Shown here piece by piece: positions 25,215-38,150 of a DNA stretch of 64,000 bases (its first letter is position 1; each line of letters starts with the position of its first letter). The DNA comes from Podarcis tiliguerta. Taxonomy: Eukaryota. The DNA lies in the NCBI GenBank assembly GCA_965153285.1, contig OZ229110.1. One strand, written 5' to 3'. The translations under genes were made by a program, and so were the position numbers. Below the pieces are notes generated by a model. That model ran no database searches. It worked only from the letters and a program-made list of their open reading frames with translations, and had not been told where the DNA came from.

Positions 25215-25300
25215 GAATTGGCTCAGATAAAAGGCTCCTTGCCCACAGTGACCAACTGGATGTTTCCAGGGAAGTCCACAAGTAGGGGCACAAAAGACCC
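25215..25300 (-). mobile_element. Short CR1-like 3' UTR remnant
   Basis: CACAGTGACCAACTGGATGTTTCCAGGGAAGTCCACAAGTAGGG resembles the segment at about 51355-51400. Confidence 0.4.
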
Positions 25301-26012
25301 AGAGCAGTTACTCCATCATCTGCACTTGATTCACTGTCAGTTTCCCCTTTAATTTAAAAGGTGCTGTACAGCCTTGACGTTGAGTACCAGCAGTCTAGTT
25401 CATTTGCCTTTAAAAGTTCAGCTCATCTGTTTTGTACAGGCTCAGCTTATTATAAGGCAGTTCCTAGTGCCTAGCAAATATAAAACCTTCCTTCAATCAT
25501 TACTATCCCATCCATGTCTGAGACATTGTAATACAGCCTGTAACAATGTCTACAGGTTGCATTTTTTTTTAATGTGCTATTTCTGAACATCCACATATTT
25601 CCTGGAAATCTAGATGCCATTTCTCCCAAAAGGTCACTCTGTACCAGCTGATCTGCGTAGCACATAATATGTGCATCTTTTGAACCTGGCAGACAGGTTT
25701 CCAAGCATCCATCACAAGCTCATGAATCAATAGTCCCAATTTTTAAATTTCTCACTACAAGGACCCCTAGAGATGTGTGAATTAATTTATGTTCATCACC
25801 TGAGAAATGGATCACTTCTAAGAGATCGTTTCCCTGGTCCTCAGCATGACACCCTTCTATCCTGAGGATCTACATTCTCCATGACTGCAGACAAGCCATT
25901 AGCAAAGGGCAGGAAGATTGTTGTAGTGGTGATTTATAGCCAGCTTTTTAAAAACTTTTTTTTTCTTTCGTGACTGACAAATAAAAAGAAATCACGGTAT
26001 AAAAACAAATCT

Positions 26013-26327
26013 GACTGAGGAAATATGATACCAATCTTCAGATATCTAAAGGGCTTTGCACATGGAAGATGGAACAAGCTTGTTTTCTCCTGCTCTGGTT
26101 CAAGTTACAAGAAGGAGATTTTGACAAAACTTCTGTAAGAGTTGTTTGACAGTGGAATGGACTCCCGTGGAAGGTGGTGGACTCTCTTTCCTTGGAGAGT
26201 TTTAAGCAGAGGTTGGATGGCCATCTGTCACGGATGCTTTAGCTGAGATTCCTGCATTGCAGGGGGTTGGATTCGATGACCTGCGGGATCCCTTCCAACT
26301 CTACAATTCTATGATTCTATGGTTCTA
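26013..26327 (+). mobile_element. 5'-truncated CR1 LINE 3' end with small internal deletions
   Basis: Homologous to 53676-53904 (GACAGTGGAA...GTGGTGGACTCTC...TTTAAGCAGAGGTTGGA...GCAGGGGGTTGGA...TTCCAACTCTA). Ends in the CR1 ATTCTATG-type tail. Confidence 0.9.
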
Positions 26328-27974
26328 AGTAAAAGATGCAAAAGACAACAACATGAAAACAGAGAAAATGGTACGACAACAGCAGAAATCTGTTTTCCCC
26401 CTGTTCAGGATTGGGTTTTTAATAATTCCCTGCTGTGATATAAATTCATTGCTCTCCTATTGTTCCAGCTCTGCTAGTTTGTCTACAAATTGGGGAAGTG
26501 ATAACATATTCCAGCTTTGCCAGGTCATTTCCTTCCCACCCATCTGTTCTGATCAGATGTCAGTTGGCATGTGTTCTAGATTTCTCTCTCTCTCTGTGTG
26601 TGTGCCCTGTTTAAAAGAACCTATTTCACCCCTGGTGCTATGGTCGGCTGGCACTTCAGTGTAAGGCATAAAACCTTTGTGCTGAACCCTATAGCCCAAG
26701 GTATCTCTGAATTTATTCTAAGAAATAGCTGTTCTGGAACTGAGAGGACTTTCCCTGAGCTTCTGCGTATTACAGATATTCATACCATGTGTTTGCAAGC
26801 TTTGCAGTTGTGGAACTGAGTCCTTTTATGTACTTTAACACATCCTGCGCGTTCTCAATGTTGTAATTAATATTAGCAGGAGAAGGAACCACTACCCTCA
26901 CTTTTTGTAGGATAGAAAAGAAAAGTGCTTCATTTTCAATTGGTGCACACCCTATAGCTTCCTGCTGAAACCCTGTAACTGTTTATACTGCAAATGTTCT
27001 GGTGCATTTTTTAGTCCTGTTTTTGTTGTGCTATAGTGCAAGAGTGTCCCTCCAGATGGCAAAATGCAGTAACATTGGGGGAGCATCAAAAAACAAGTAA
27101 TAAACTGGAATGATGTGTGGATGGTCCAGTATAAATTTTCCACTTATGGATTATTATTGCATCAGTGGCAAGTTGCAGAATCCAGAATCCAGAATGGAGG
27201 GGGCCCTGATTCTCACGAAAGAAGGAGCATTCTGAACTGCTCACTTGTCAGCCCAAGATGTATTGGAGAAAGGAAAGAACCACAAGAAGGAAATGTGGTT
27301 TTCTGTCTAGTTGTATATACAAACACCAGCCTCTAACACCAACTTGCATGCTATCTGAAAGAGGAGTTCTGGGATTCTTCAAGTTTTCGATGTACTTGGT
27401 TAATTATTCTGAGGAAGAAATGTCGCCTCTGAAGCATGTCCGTGAAATACATAATTAAAGTAGCCTGTGTTCAATCACACTGTTAGATAGTTTAATTGAA
27501 AGCCACATTGTATCTGCATAATGAGACAAATAATATATATGTCTCAGACCTGATGAAAAGTCTCAGCCCATAGTCTTTCCCCTTTTAATTGCCATGATGG
27601 TAACTGGCAGGAGGCAACCACATGCTGGGCTGCCCTTGATCTGGAAATGCAAAGTACCTGCAGTTGCTGATATGGTCTCTGGTAGGTTCAAATAAAGGAG
27701 GGAACTGCAGGGTGGTTTGCTTCCAACAGTTTTGCTCAGATCTGATAAAGTAGGCCAGAGCCTACTAGCTTCTTTCACCTCCTAAGGAGAATAATCAGTG
27801 GCGAGGTAGAGGCCATAACTAGCAACAGTGGACATGTTTCGCATATATAAGCTGGTCCCAGGACCAGTGTATCGTATCACTGCTTAAGTGATATCTGGTA
27901 GCAGAAAAAGGAGAGGTCCCTGGCTGGGATCTAGGGAAGTGATTGCCAGAAAGAGTAGACAGGACTGGATGGGA

Positions 27975-28170
27975 ACTGCTATAGTATAGTGGCTAGGGTG
28001 GGTGTTTTGGAAATCCCTACTTCAGACTTCGCCTCAACCATGAAATTACTAGGTGGCCTTAGGGAAACCATTATCCCCTCAGTCCCTACCCTGTCTAAAA
28101 TATGCAGATAATACTGACCGGCTTTACAGATGCATTGTTAGATAATGTTTGTGTGAAGTGCTTTGAATAA
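27975..28170 (+). mobile_element. Old MIR/CORE-like SINE
   Basis: ATAGTATAGTGG head, GGTGGCCTTAGGGAAACC and CTCAGTCCC...TGTCTAAAATATGCAGATAATA core, and TGTGAAGTGCTTTGAA 3' end. Confidence 0.6.
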
Positions 28171-29789
28171 TGGCATTTATGCAACACATTAATGAAACTG
28201 CAATTCTGTGCATGCTATCTTGGGTTTAAGATCCACTGAAGAATAAGTGACCTGCTTCTAATGAAAACAAAAATGAAATTAAAAAAAGCATACACAGAAT
28301 TTGGAGGTTTGCCTAAATTACTTAAAAGCTGGCCCTGAGGTCAAATATAGCCCCTGAAATAGAACATCTTATTTCCATAGTTGCCAGGATGCTGTGTTTT
28401 AAGGGCATGCTGAATGTGTGATGTTTCCAAGCAGTCAGTTTTGAAGTGGGGAAGGTTGTACCTTCTGCTCTCCATCAGAGTGGCCCTCTAGAAAAAGAAA
28501 TTGTGGATCAGAGATGTAGTGCATATATATTTTAATGAAGGCTATGAATAGGTGGGGGGGCGGCGGGACACAATCAGGTGGCAATCTGCATTTTGCTATA
28601 CTGAGGATTGAGAAATAGTTAGGGGCAGCATCTTTTCAGCTGTGTGGGAAGCTGCATAGCACACATGGGTGTGGGTGTAGGATAAAGTAAGCTGCAAATA
28701 TTTTTAGTAAATAAATAACGCATCCACCCAAACTAGAACATAAGACTATGACACAAAACTATCCTGCACCTGCTCAGCTACCAGAAACAGATATCCCACA
28801 CCGTAGCTTTTAAGTTGATTATTTCTGCTTGCCTTGCTCCACTAGCTGAATCAATTTAAGTTTCTTGCATTTAAATGAACTCCATGTAAATATATACTTC
28901 TACCAATTTGTTGGAGGGAATTCTGTTGCTAGAATGGAGGAGTGGATGACAATTGGGAATAAAACAGAGAAGAATGTGGATTGAGAGGTTCTCGTTTGTG
29001 CTTTTTAATTTTCTCCCCTGCAAAGGTTGCTTCCACAAACCAGCATTCTTTCCCCTGCCTGAAGGTTATTGTCATATCTGAGTTTTTTTATGGAACATAA
29101 ATTTTCTAGCTGCCTTCAAGTTGATACAGTCTGTTTGTGTGTCCATGCTCACACCCACCCAAGCCGAGATAGAAATAAGGTGCTGGGGGGATGTGCTATC
29201 AGTTAATACTGGTGTAGGTCTGGAAGAACCCATAACAGCTTAAACTTGAATTGTATGTTTACATCAGCAAAGATTAACTGCAGAAGTTGTCCTAGGATAT
29301 GATAGAAATAATGGCCCATTACCCAGGGATTCCTTATATAAAGCTTGGGTTTGTAATAAAAAAATAAGCTGTTCCTAGGTTCATTTGCTTTTATTGTTGC
29401 ATTAAGGAAGGCTTTACACTTCACTGTGTTACATGTGTATGCCAGATTAGGTCCAGTGTTTGCTCTCTATCTCTTTAGTGGACACTTGGTGTGGTAATGT
29501 AATAGTTAGAAGATTAAAGAGAGCTAGGTGACAATCCTCTTCTCAGCCATGAGGTTTGCTGGGAGGCCTTGGGCCTTTGTAGCTGCTCTCTCTGACTAAC
29601 TAGTAGTTTTTATTTACTCCACTTAAAAACATTGGTGGTAAAGCAGTATATAAATTGCTTAAATAAATAGTGAAAGTCAGTATTCCTCCCAAAGCTTGTA
29701 ATTTGGCTTAGAAAATGAATTTCCCCCCCAAAAAACTTGGGAGATAACTCAGTTTATTCCAAGCTGAATAATGAGTCAGTTTGAGACTC

Positions 29790-30340
29790 TGTCCTGCCAT
29801 GTGATGCTCCAAATCTTCCTGACGCCGCACATGTGGAAGGCTTTGAGGCATTGCTCCTGGCGGTTTTAAGTTGCCCACGACTCACTTCCATAAAGCAGCA
29901 TGCTCAACATGCAAGCCTGGTAGACCATCTTGGTGTTGGACATTAGCTTCACATTCTTCCATACCCTTTTGGAGAGGCGAGCCATTGTTGTAGCTGCCTT
30001 GCCAATATGCTTGTCCAGCTCAGTGTTGATGGAAAGGTTACTGGTTATGGTGGTATGTCTGCCACCTTGAGTGGGGTCACCAGTGCTGATGCATGGAGTG
30101 CTGGTGATGTCCTCACCCAGGAGTCTTCATCAGTACTCAGCAGGGAGATTCCATGGTAGTTGTTACAGTAATGGTGGTCACCTTTGTTCCTGTAGAGGAT
30201 CACAGTGCTGGAGTTACATATCTTCTGGCACAGATCCTTATTCCCAGCATTGCAAGCAGAGATTGTGGAGGTGTGTCATGAGGGAGGAAGCTGGCTTTCA
30301 GAGGGTTGAATTCCAAAATATCTTATGGGCACCAGGCTAG
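29790..30340 (-). mobile_element. RTE-clade LINE ORF remnant with the RT core deleted
   Basis: Minus translation CWE*GSVPEDM...ILYRNKGDHHYCNNYHGISLLS is joined almost directly to GEDITSTPCISTGD...TITSNLSINTELDKHIGKAATTMARLSKRVWKN...YQACMLSMLLYGSESW...ITWQDRVSN. Confidence 0.85.
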
Positions 30341-31120
30341 GGAAGGTTGTTTGTTCTGTGCTATGTGATAAATCCATAGTCAACTGAGAAGTGTATTCAT
30401 ATCATAAAATTCTATAATACTGTGATACATGGGATGGCTGCATTTGGCCTTGGGCTTGTCTGTCTATATACATTAGGTTAAATATTAAGGAGAATGCATT
30501 AGCTGTAAGAATTGTTCACAGGAAGCCAAGGAAGTTTAGTGGACTATAATTTAGAGCTGGTGTTTCTATGGGGGGGGGGGGAGCTCAGAGCTGCATATTT
30601 TCCCCTTGGTTAGCCCTCTGGGAGGGTAGCTTGCCAATGGTGAGTTTGGCCATCTCATGCTCTTGGGGTGCCCATAGGTGGTCACTATTCTATAGGAAGG
30701 GTTCAGGCACATACTGGACATTTGTGCAGAATTAAAATGGATTAGATTGCTATCAACCTAGCACAGGAGTGGGGAACTTTTTTGGCTCCATGTCCCAGAT
30801 CCCTATCAGACCCAGATTCCTCATCCTCTACCCTTTTAAACTCACGTTTTCAGAAGTTTAAAAGAGGAATGTGGGAAGACTTGCAAAGGTTTTAAAGCAG
30901 ACCCTGGGGTCCTGTTGCAGCTTGTTTAGTAAATGTTTTGTCCACTCCTCTAATGGACATCATGCAGAGCTTGTATAGCATAGCAGTTGTGAGCTATAGG
31001 CTGGAACTTCCCCAGGTCAGTGCAGCCATGAACTCAGTGGGTGGCCCTAGGCAGGCCTTACTCTGTTTCTTCATTTATTTTATTTTATTTTTTGATTTGT
31101 GGTGTGACTTCTCTCCCCAT

Positions 31121-31147
31121 AACAACAACAACAACAACAACAACAAC
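31121..31147. repeat. (AAC)9 microsatellite
   Basis: Direct reading of the sequence. Confidence 0.95.
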
Positions 31148-33156
31148 CCACTACATTTTTTCAGAAATTCAATTTTACATGCATATGCACACCTGGGATT
31201 TTGAATACCATATGGCCCAATCCATATATCTACCTCAAGCAAGTTTATTTTTTCATCTTCCCCCATTAAAACATTTCCTGACAAGTCATAATGAAATGAT
31301 AGGATTTGAAGTTCTAAAATAGCTCTTATTTATTGCATGCAGATGAGCATATAAAATGAAAGAGAAATCCCTTTCCAGCATGAGGGCACTCGGTCAGTGG
31401 AATCAAATAGGCAACATTTTTGTAGCTGTGATTATTTCAGAGCATTCTGCAAAATCTGAATGGTGAGATGTTCACTATTAAGCAATCATAGACCTTTTGC
31501 AGTTCAATAACTAGCAAGAGGGACAATAAAATTTGTGCAGAGCAACCCAGAGTTGAGCCTCAAAATCTGTTTTCAATTGCAGGAATAAGTGCTAGAATGT
31601 ACCATGTACGTAGATAAAAGCGCCCCTGAGAAAAGAGTGCAGTTTCCATCACCACTGTATAACTACAGAATCACCAACCATATCAGCGGTTAGTGAGCAA
31701 AGGGCTTTCAGTGAGACTTAGTACTGGCTTCTTTTTCTTCAGTTATTTTTTCTTAAGAAATAAAGTCCAGGAGGCAAAGGTCTGAGATCTAGGCTTTATT
31801 TTGGAAAGTTGTTTGTTCACTATGTGTTTGGACACCTCTTAAGATACCAGCTTTTGCATGATAGTTCCTGGGATCAAAGAGCATGTATGGATACAATAGG
31901 ATGCCTTTTTTTAAAAAAAATGAAAATGGTGGAGTGAGTTTTTCAAAACTCCACAATTTTAAAAAAATTTTTTTTTAGAATTCCTGACCAATTCTGTGTA
32001 TGAGGCTGCTAGTCTTTTCATATACTTTTCCTGTCTTTTAAAAATAATTAAACATGCTTTCAGTTTCAGTACAAACTACAGGAGCTTTGTTCAATGGGTT
32101 TCCATCTCCCTTTACTAGGTAGCCTAATAATATTAGTATTTTATATTTTGTGCACATAACTGGGCTGTGCACTTTGCTTACTTTTCAAAGCACATTACTG
32201 TCTTTTGAGAACTCAGTGGGAGGAACTTCACTGATGCAGGAGTTTGATTAGATGGATAAACAGACTTTCCATATTCCTTAATGATTGCATGGTGCTGTAG
32301 CTGAACATCAAAAGCATGGCCTTGTGGGTATGTTTGTGCAGTCATTGGCCTCAGCATTTTTTCTCTTTTCAAAAGGAAAGACTAGTATTCTCCTTTTTTT
32401 TACCTGACTTCTGTAGCCAACTGCTTCCTCTGTAAATGTTGTACTGTAATGCAATAATGAGGGAGCAGCAGGGCCTTTCCTCAGCATAAAGTTGTGCCCA
32501 ATTGACCCCTTGTTCTCTTTCCTGCAAATGAAACATGGTGAGCCAGAATCAGTGTATTTTGTACAACATGAACTGGTAGTTCTTTTTCTCCCCACTGCTG
32601 ACAGTTATAAATGCCTCTAATCTGTGCTGTGACCAGAATCATTACTCCCACATTGTATACATTAAATTTTTTACATTTTAAAAAATATTTCTAATGTACC
32701 TTTTTCTTGCTGGTTCATTAAAGAGATAATAATCTAATTATTCTGACCTTTATTCTTCCCTCTCTCTCCCCCCCTTCTCTTTTCTTTTAATAAGCTAGAG
32801 TTCAGGTTTTCAGTTGTTTCCTTCAACCACGAAGCTGTATTGGCTTGGAGCTTAAGTATAATGATATAATTTCTTTTGGCATCTCTCTCCATACGTTCTC
32901 TCCCCCCCCTCCTTTTTTGGTACTGTGATGCAGAAGGGAGTGAGAAGTTGAAGCAGTTTCCATAGTCAGGTTGTGTAGGCTGTAATTTCACAGGTGTCTG
33001 GGTGTTCAATGCATAGGGTACCTTATGTCTCTGGAGCAGTTTCTCCACACACACTCCTACTGAGAGGAGGAGAATCTGAGTCTTTGCAGACTTGGGTCTC
33101 CCAGCAAGATAGTCAGGCCAAGGCGAATGACCAAGGGACAAGACGAAGCAATAATT

Positions 33157-33292
33157 CAGGCTTCCTCAAACTCGGCCCTCCAGATGTTTTTGGCCTACAA
33201 CTCCCATGATCCCTAGCTAGCAGGACCAGTGGTCAGGGATGATGGGAATTGTAGTCTCAAAACATCTGGAGGGCCGAGATTGAGGAAGCCTG
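33157..33292. mobile_element. Young palindromic hAT-like MITE, 136 bp
   Basis: 34-bp terminal IRs (CAGGCTTCCTCAAACTCGGCCCTCCAGATGTTTT) with 1 mismatch, and pairing continues inward imperfectly. 8-bp TSD CAATAATT/CAATAGTT. Confidence 0.92.
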
Positions 33293-33413
33293 CAATAGTT
33301 GAGGTAAGAGCCAAAAGACAATCCAGAGAGATTAGGGAGGGAGAGAAGCAATTTGTAGATCTGAAGAATGAGGGAAAGAAACATAAATAGGTATGGGACA
33401 ACTGAATTGAAGC

Positions 33414-33706
33414 TAGGGTGGCTGTATGCTCTCTTTTACAGAGGACAGCCCTCTATCTGAATGACTCCTTTGAAGGGTTACATATTCCAAGTCCACTTTA
33501 AAGATGAAGATCAGGGGGCATGATATGACCCATCAAAAGCACATAGGCATCTGATTGAGCAACCACACAGTTCTATTTAAATTATAGTAATTCAGAAATG
33601 TGCATCTAGATATATTAACTAGCTTATGTAAATCTATCCCTTCTTTTGACCTCTTTCTTTGTTGATGGATTTTCTTTTATTTGGTGATGCATAAATGGCC
33701 ACCCTA
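33414..33706. mobile_element. Old DNA-transposon-like element
   Basis: Termini TAGGGTGGC...GCCACCCTA form a 9-bp IR. No TSD recognisable. Confidence 0.45.
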
Positions 33707-35175
33707 ACCAGAGGTTGAAAACTACTCCATAGAAGATCGGTTGCACAGTGGTAAGGCAAAATTAGAAGATGCAAGAAACACACAAGTGTTTTTCATGTGT
33801 CTTTTAACAAAGAAAGTTATTTGTTTCCTCAGGAAGCAGCAGCAGCAACAGGCATACATACTGTCCTTTACGCCTGTCATAATTTAAAGTGGTTCAGGAT
33901 CCCACATTTCTCTCTCTTGCAAAAATCCCTCAGTATTTTCCATTTCACTTTTGCAATAGCATTGCTAGAGGGAAGTAGCTCAAAATGCACTTAAATGAAC
34001 TGAGAAGGAAAGAAGTCCTCCCCTGCCGTTCATACTGGGGAAGGCAAAATGTGACTAGAATTACCCTCTTACACAGCAAACCACTCCAGGTCAGGGCAAT
34101 AATAGCACCATGACAGCTGTGACAGTCACTCACACTCCACCCATCTCACAATAATCCCACTAATTTTGAGTTTTCATAGATATGCATGAAAGAGCAATGT
34201 AAACAAAGCCTTTGTATACATGTCTATATATCTGAGAATTCTTGCACACTGAAAACTCTGAAGTGCACCGTTAGATAGGCAAAGGAAACAGAAAAAAGCA
34301 CAAAACTCTATTGGCCTCACATAGAAGTAATGACAGTAACATAAGCAGATAACACCAGCCCAAGTGCCTAAAATGAGGGTGCTGGTGTTGTCTTTAAAGC
34401 ACCTGATCTTTTCTTAATGTAACTCAGTTTGCATTAGCCTGAGGTCTGAACTTCAGAGGTTGTTCTAAATGTCCACAAAATTTCAGCAAACCTTCAGAAC
34501 CCAATTTAATCCTCCTTCTCTCTGCTTAAGGGCTCAGGCGCCTCTCTTGCTCTGTTCAGTGTTAATCCATCACCCCACTGAAGTTAAAGACCGTCACTGT
34601 GCTAAATTCTGTGAGTTGGATTTGGAGAGACACCAGTCAAGTGTTGCATCTTTAACACCCAGCAGCCTACTCAGAAACTGGTAATGCTGAGTTAACCCAA
34701 GATTCTTTACTGGACATTTTTGTATTTAGTACAGATGAAGGTGTAGCGAGCCCAGATGTCCCTCCAGGGTGATTACTGACATCCAGCATCTCTGCAGCTG
34801 GTGAAAATCCTGTTAGAGCACTAACAGTGAAGATTAAGAGGGGTCAGGAGGGCACAGCAGGCTGTATCAGCACTGAGTGAATTGGTGCTAAGTATTAAGT
34901 GGAAGGCCTGTTCTCCGGAAGGATTCAGCCACTGGTGTTGCATCCAAAACCATGAAGTAATTTCCAGTTATATGGAGATAGATCTGAGAGAGGTTAGCTG
35001 CACGCTGATTATTAGGAAGGCAAGATCTACATTTGATGGAATTTGTGACATTTCTGTGCTTTAGAGGTCACGGCTGATTCCTAAGGGGTACAAACTTTAG
35101 CAACGCTCCCCGCTTATACTGGTCCATTTCATTTTTCACAGATTTGCCTACAAATATGGGAATAATTGTTCTGTG

Positions 35176-35662
35176 CCTTCTTCTTCTTTGGCGATCACCC
35201 GTAGCCAAGTAAGATTGTTTTCCATAAACATGGTTTTAACAATGAGTCCGTAAGTGACTGTGGAGGCCAATTCTGGATCCACACGTCCTTCCACAGTGGG
35301 GACATTGGTTCCCGGGCAGGAGTTGATCACAGTGTGGATTTGCCAAGCGTGCCTTCCTCGTAGCATGTTTCTCCCTTGTGTCCTGAGTTTGAGTGTCTTC
35401 AAAGCCCATGACACCTTTGGTAAAGGCTGTTCTCCAATTGGAGTGCTCGCAGGCCAGTGTTTCCCAGTTGTTGGTGTTTATACTACATTTTTTTAGATTT
35501 GCCTTGAGACAGTCTTTAAACCTCTTTTGTTGACCACCCTCATTACACTTTCCATTTTAAAGTTCTGAATAGAGTAGTTGCTTTGGAAGATGATAATCAG
35601 GCATCCGTACAACATGACCAGTCCGATGAAGTTGATGTTGAGGAATCATTTCTTCAACACTG
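35176..35662 (-). mobile_element. 5'-truncated RTE-clade LINE 3' end
   Basis: Minus translation GHVVRMPDYHLPKQLLYSEL*NGK...GGQQKRFKDCLKANLKK...WETLA...CPHCGRTCGSRIGLHSHLRTH, ending in a C2H2-like motif. (GAA)n tail. TSD TGTTCTGTG at 35167-35175 and 35663-35671. Confidence 0.92.
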
Positions 35663-36167
35663 TGTTCTGTGTGGGGCTTCACACATACACCCCTTTGCCC
35701 ATTCTTTTAAAGATGGTTTTAGTAAAGCAACACTGGGGTCATTTAAAGTGAAATGTGGAAAATGAAACTGTGCATGTAATGGTAATCATGGTGAGGGGAA
35801 CTGCAGATCCCCTCCCCCTTCCCCCTTCCGTTGCATCACCATTGCCTGGCCCACTACTTTCCATGCATTGGTGTTGGGTGTTCCCATGTGGGAGGCCTGC
35901 TTCACATATGCAGGTAGCATCCCCACACAATTTGGATCATGATCACTCAGGTTCCAACATGAATAGAGCAGGCAGCCTGCTTCAGAGCTTGCCCTTTCCA
36001 GAGTGTGGAAAGCAGCAGAGCTGGGCAATGGGGATGTGAAACTGGGGCCACACTTCACCTCATACAGTGAAGACATAATGCCTGGACAGGGGTTAAATGA
36101 CAACAACAAAAGCTCTCATCTAACTGTTCCATGTGAAATAGTTAAAGAGATCTAACCATTCAAGAGG

Positions 36168-36288
36168 AAGACTAGAGGCTCAGGGGGGTTTGCACACAGA
36201 ACGTCCCAGGTTCAATCCCTTCCTGCCAGTCAGTGTAGGCAGTATGAAGTGCGATGAACCAGTGGTACAATAACGCTTCTATGATTCC
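36168..36288 (+). mobile_element. tRNA-derived SINE, internally deleted
   Basis: GTCCCAGGTTCAATCCC B box followed by TGCCAGTCAGTGTAGGCAGTA, which matches the reverse complement of about 54800-54820. Confidence 0.65.
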
Positions 36289-36638
36289 CACCGCCACGTT
36301 CATGAGATTTTGAGCAAAAAGTGTACAAAGTTACATGTCATGGACATTTAAAAATTGGGAGTCATTATGAGCCCCAGACAATGTCCCTGTTCATTTCTAC
36401 TCCTGCATGATGAACAATAATCTTTAGAACAGCATAATTGGTGCTATTCTCAGATACGTTCCTTTATTTGAGGGGATCATCATGACTAAATTGAGGTCTA
36501 TTTGACAACAATATATATTTGTTAAAGTGCTTTTTTGAAGGCATGGGAAAGTTAAAAGATTGGTGTGAGAGTCTTGTACCAGTTTCCTCACTATCTATTT
36601 GCTAGACATATCACTTTAAAATGAATGTTTAATAATAT

Positions 36639-36730
36639 TTACTTACTTACTTACTTACTTACTTTATTACATTCATATCCTGCCTTTCCTCCAAGGAGCT
36701 CAAGGCAGCAGGCACAGCCCTTCCCTCCCA
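36639..36730 (-). mobile_element. (TTAC)n tail with adjacent retroposon 3' end
   Basis: (TTAC)6 followed by ATATCCTGCCTTTCCTCCAAGGAGCTCAAGGCAGC, typical of squamate SINE/LINE 3' ends in reverse orientation. Confidence 0.6.
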
Positions 36731-37904
36731 TTTCCATAATAATGATATGCTGTAATCAGCTCTGTTCTCAGGTTTGGGAAGTCTAAAATTTAAATAATTG
36801 CATACATAAAAATATAATGCAGTTGAAGCTGATAAGAAACTTAGTAATCCACCACAAGAGATAGAAGATCTTTCACTAGAGACTAATTCTCATTTTCAAA
36901 ATCTAGTTTACTTAACAATGAGGTGGGGGTTTTTTGTTTGTTTTTAGCATAGTAGTGAGTCCACCTGTTCCTAGGTTCCACAAAGTATATAAACTACATA
37001 AATATATAGCCACCACCCCACCAAAGTAAGTTGGTTATTGCCTCAAAGATTGCATTCACCCAGTGCATGGCTACTTCTTGTTATTTCGTCATTCCAAACA
37101 ATATAGGCTGGGGACTGATTATGAGGCAATAGTCGCCTAGTGCATTCATAGCTGGGTGAGAGTGGACTTTAGGACTTCCCATCTCTCACATGTAGCCACC
37201 ATGCTTGTTTCCAGTAAGTGTCAAGTCTAGGAGCTGCCAAATGCAGTGTCAAAGTACACAGACATCCTAACTTGTTTTTGTAAGTTCGAAAATTAACATT
37301 GTTGTGATTGGGAGTCACTGGGCTATGTGTTTGACTGCACCCTGAAATCACATCCGGACATAAGTGAGAATTAAGACTCAGCAGCTCACCATTTATTAGC
37401 CTCACACTAGAACAAACAAGACAAAGCTTCTGCAGTGCTTTTCACATTCAGCACAGAATGACAATAATACACAAAATTAAACTAACCCTGCTTATAATAT
37501 TCACAATTTTGTTGAGCAAAGGCCAAGTTCATAAATATATATATATACATTATATTGCAAAGTTCTGAAATATATTCTTTACGTTACGCCTTAAATTATA
37601 GGTCATCTCCACAGAGTTCGTGTACATTCATTTTTGTTTATTTAGCTTGTTTTCAAAACCACTTAAAAAAAATTATATCATGATTAAAATTAATGAGGAT
37701 TAGGCAATGATTAATGTACCAGTATTCAGATTCAATAGATTGCTCATGAAATCTCAGTTTTCGTTTTCATCAGTGGAGTATTTTAAAGTGGTAGGTTGTT
37801 TTTTTAGAGACTTGGTCCCACCCAAAGCCTGACCTTGAATACTAATTAAAAAACAAAATTGTTTTTGAAAACTTGATTAAAACCTTGCTTTAATGTTTTA
37901 GAAA

Positions 37905-38150
37905 TAAACATCCAAGTAACAACAGACCCACTTAAAAACTAACCCAGTCCATAACTCAGGAAACTGAGCTAGAATAATACTGTGTTCCGTGGTAGCAAAA
38001 ACTACCGAGAAGTCCGGGAGAATTGGCAGCATTGAATTTCCCTTGCCTTTCAATTGGGTGAGGTCATCAGTCAGGTCAGCCAAAACTATTCTGGTGCCAA
38101 AACCAGGCTGGACAACAGTTTAACAGTAATCCAAATATTAGCTGCCTATC
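37905..38150 (-). mobile_element. L2 LINE reverse transcriptase remnant
   Basis: Minus translation PGFGTRIVLADLTDDL...GNSMLPILPDFSVVFATTEHSIIL...VFKW matches L2 RT (GF.PG.GTETAL..DDL...LLDLSAAFDTIDH.ILL). Confidence 0.7.

Noticed and set aside
27044-27064. CTCF-like motif CCTCCAGATGGCA, and similar motifs at about 9718 and 11260
   Set aside because: Each mismatches high-information positions. Such matches are expected by chance in 64 kb without ChIP or conservation data.
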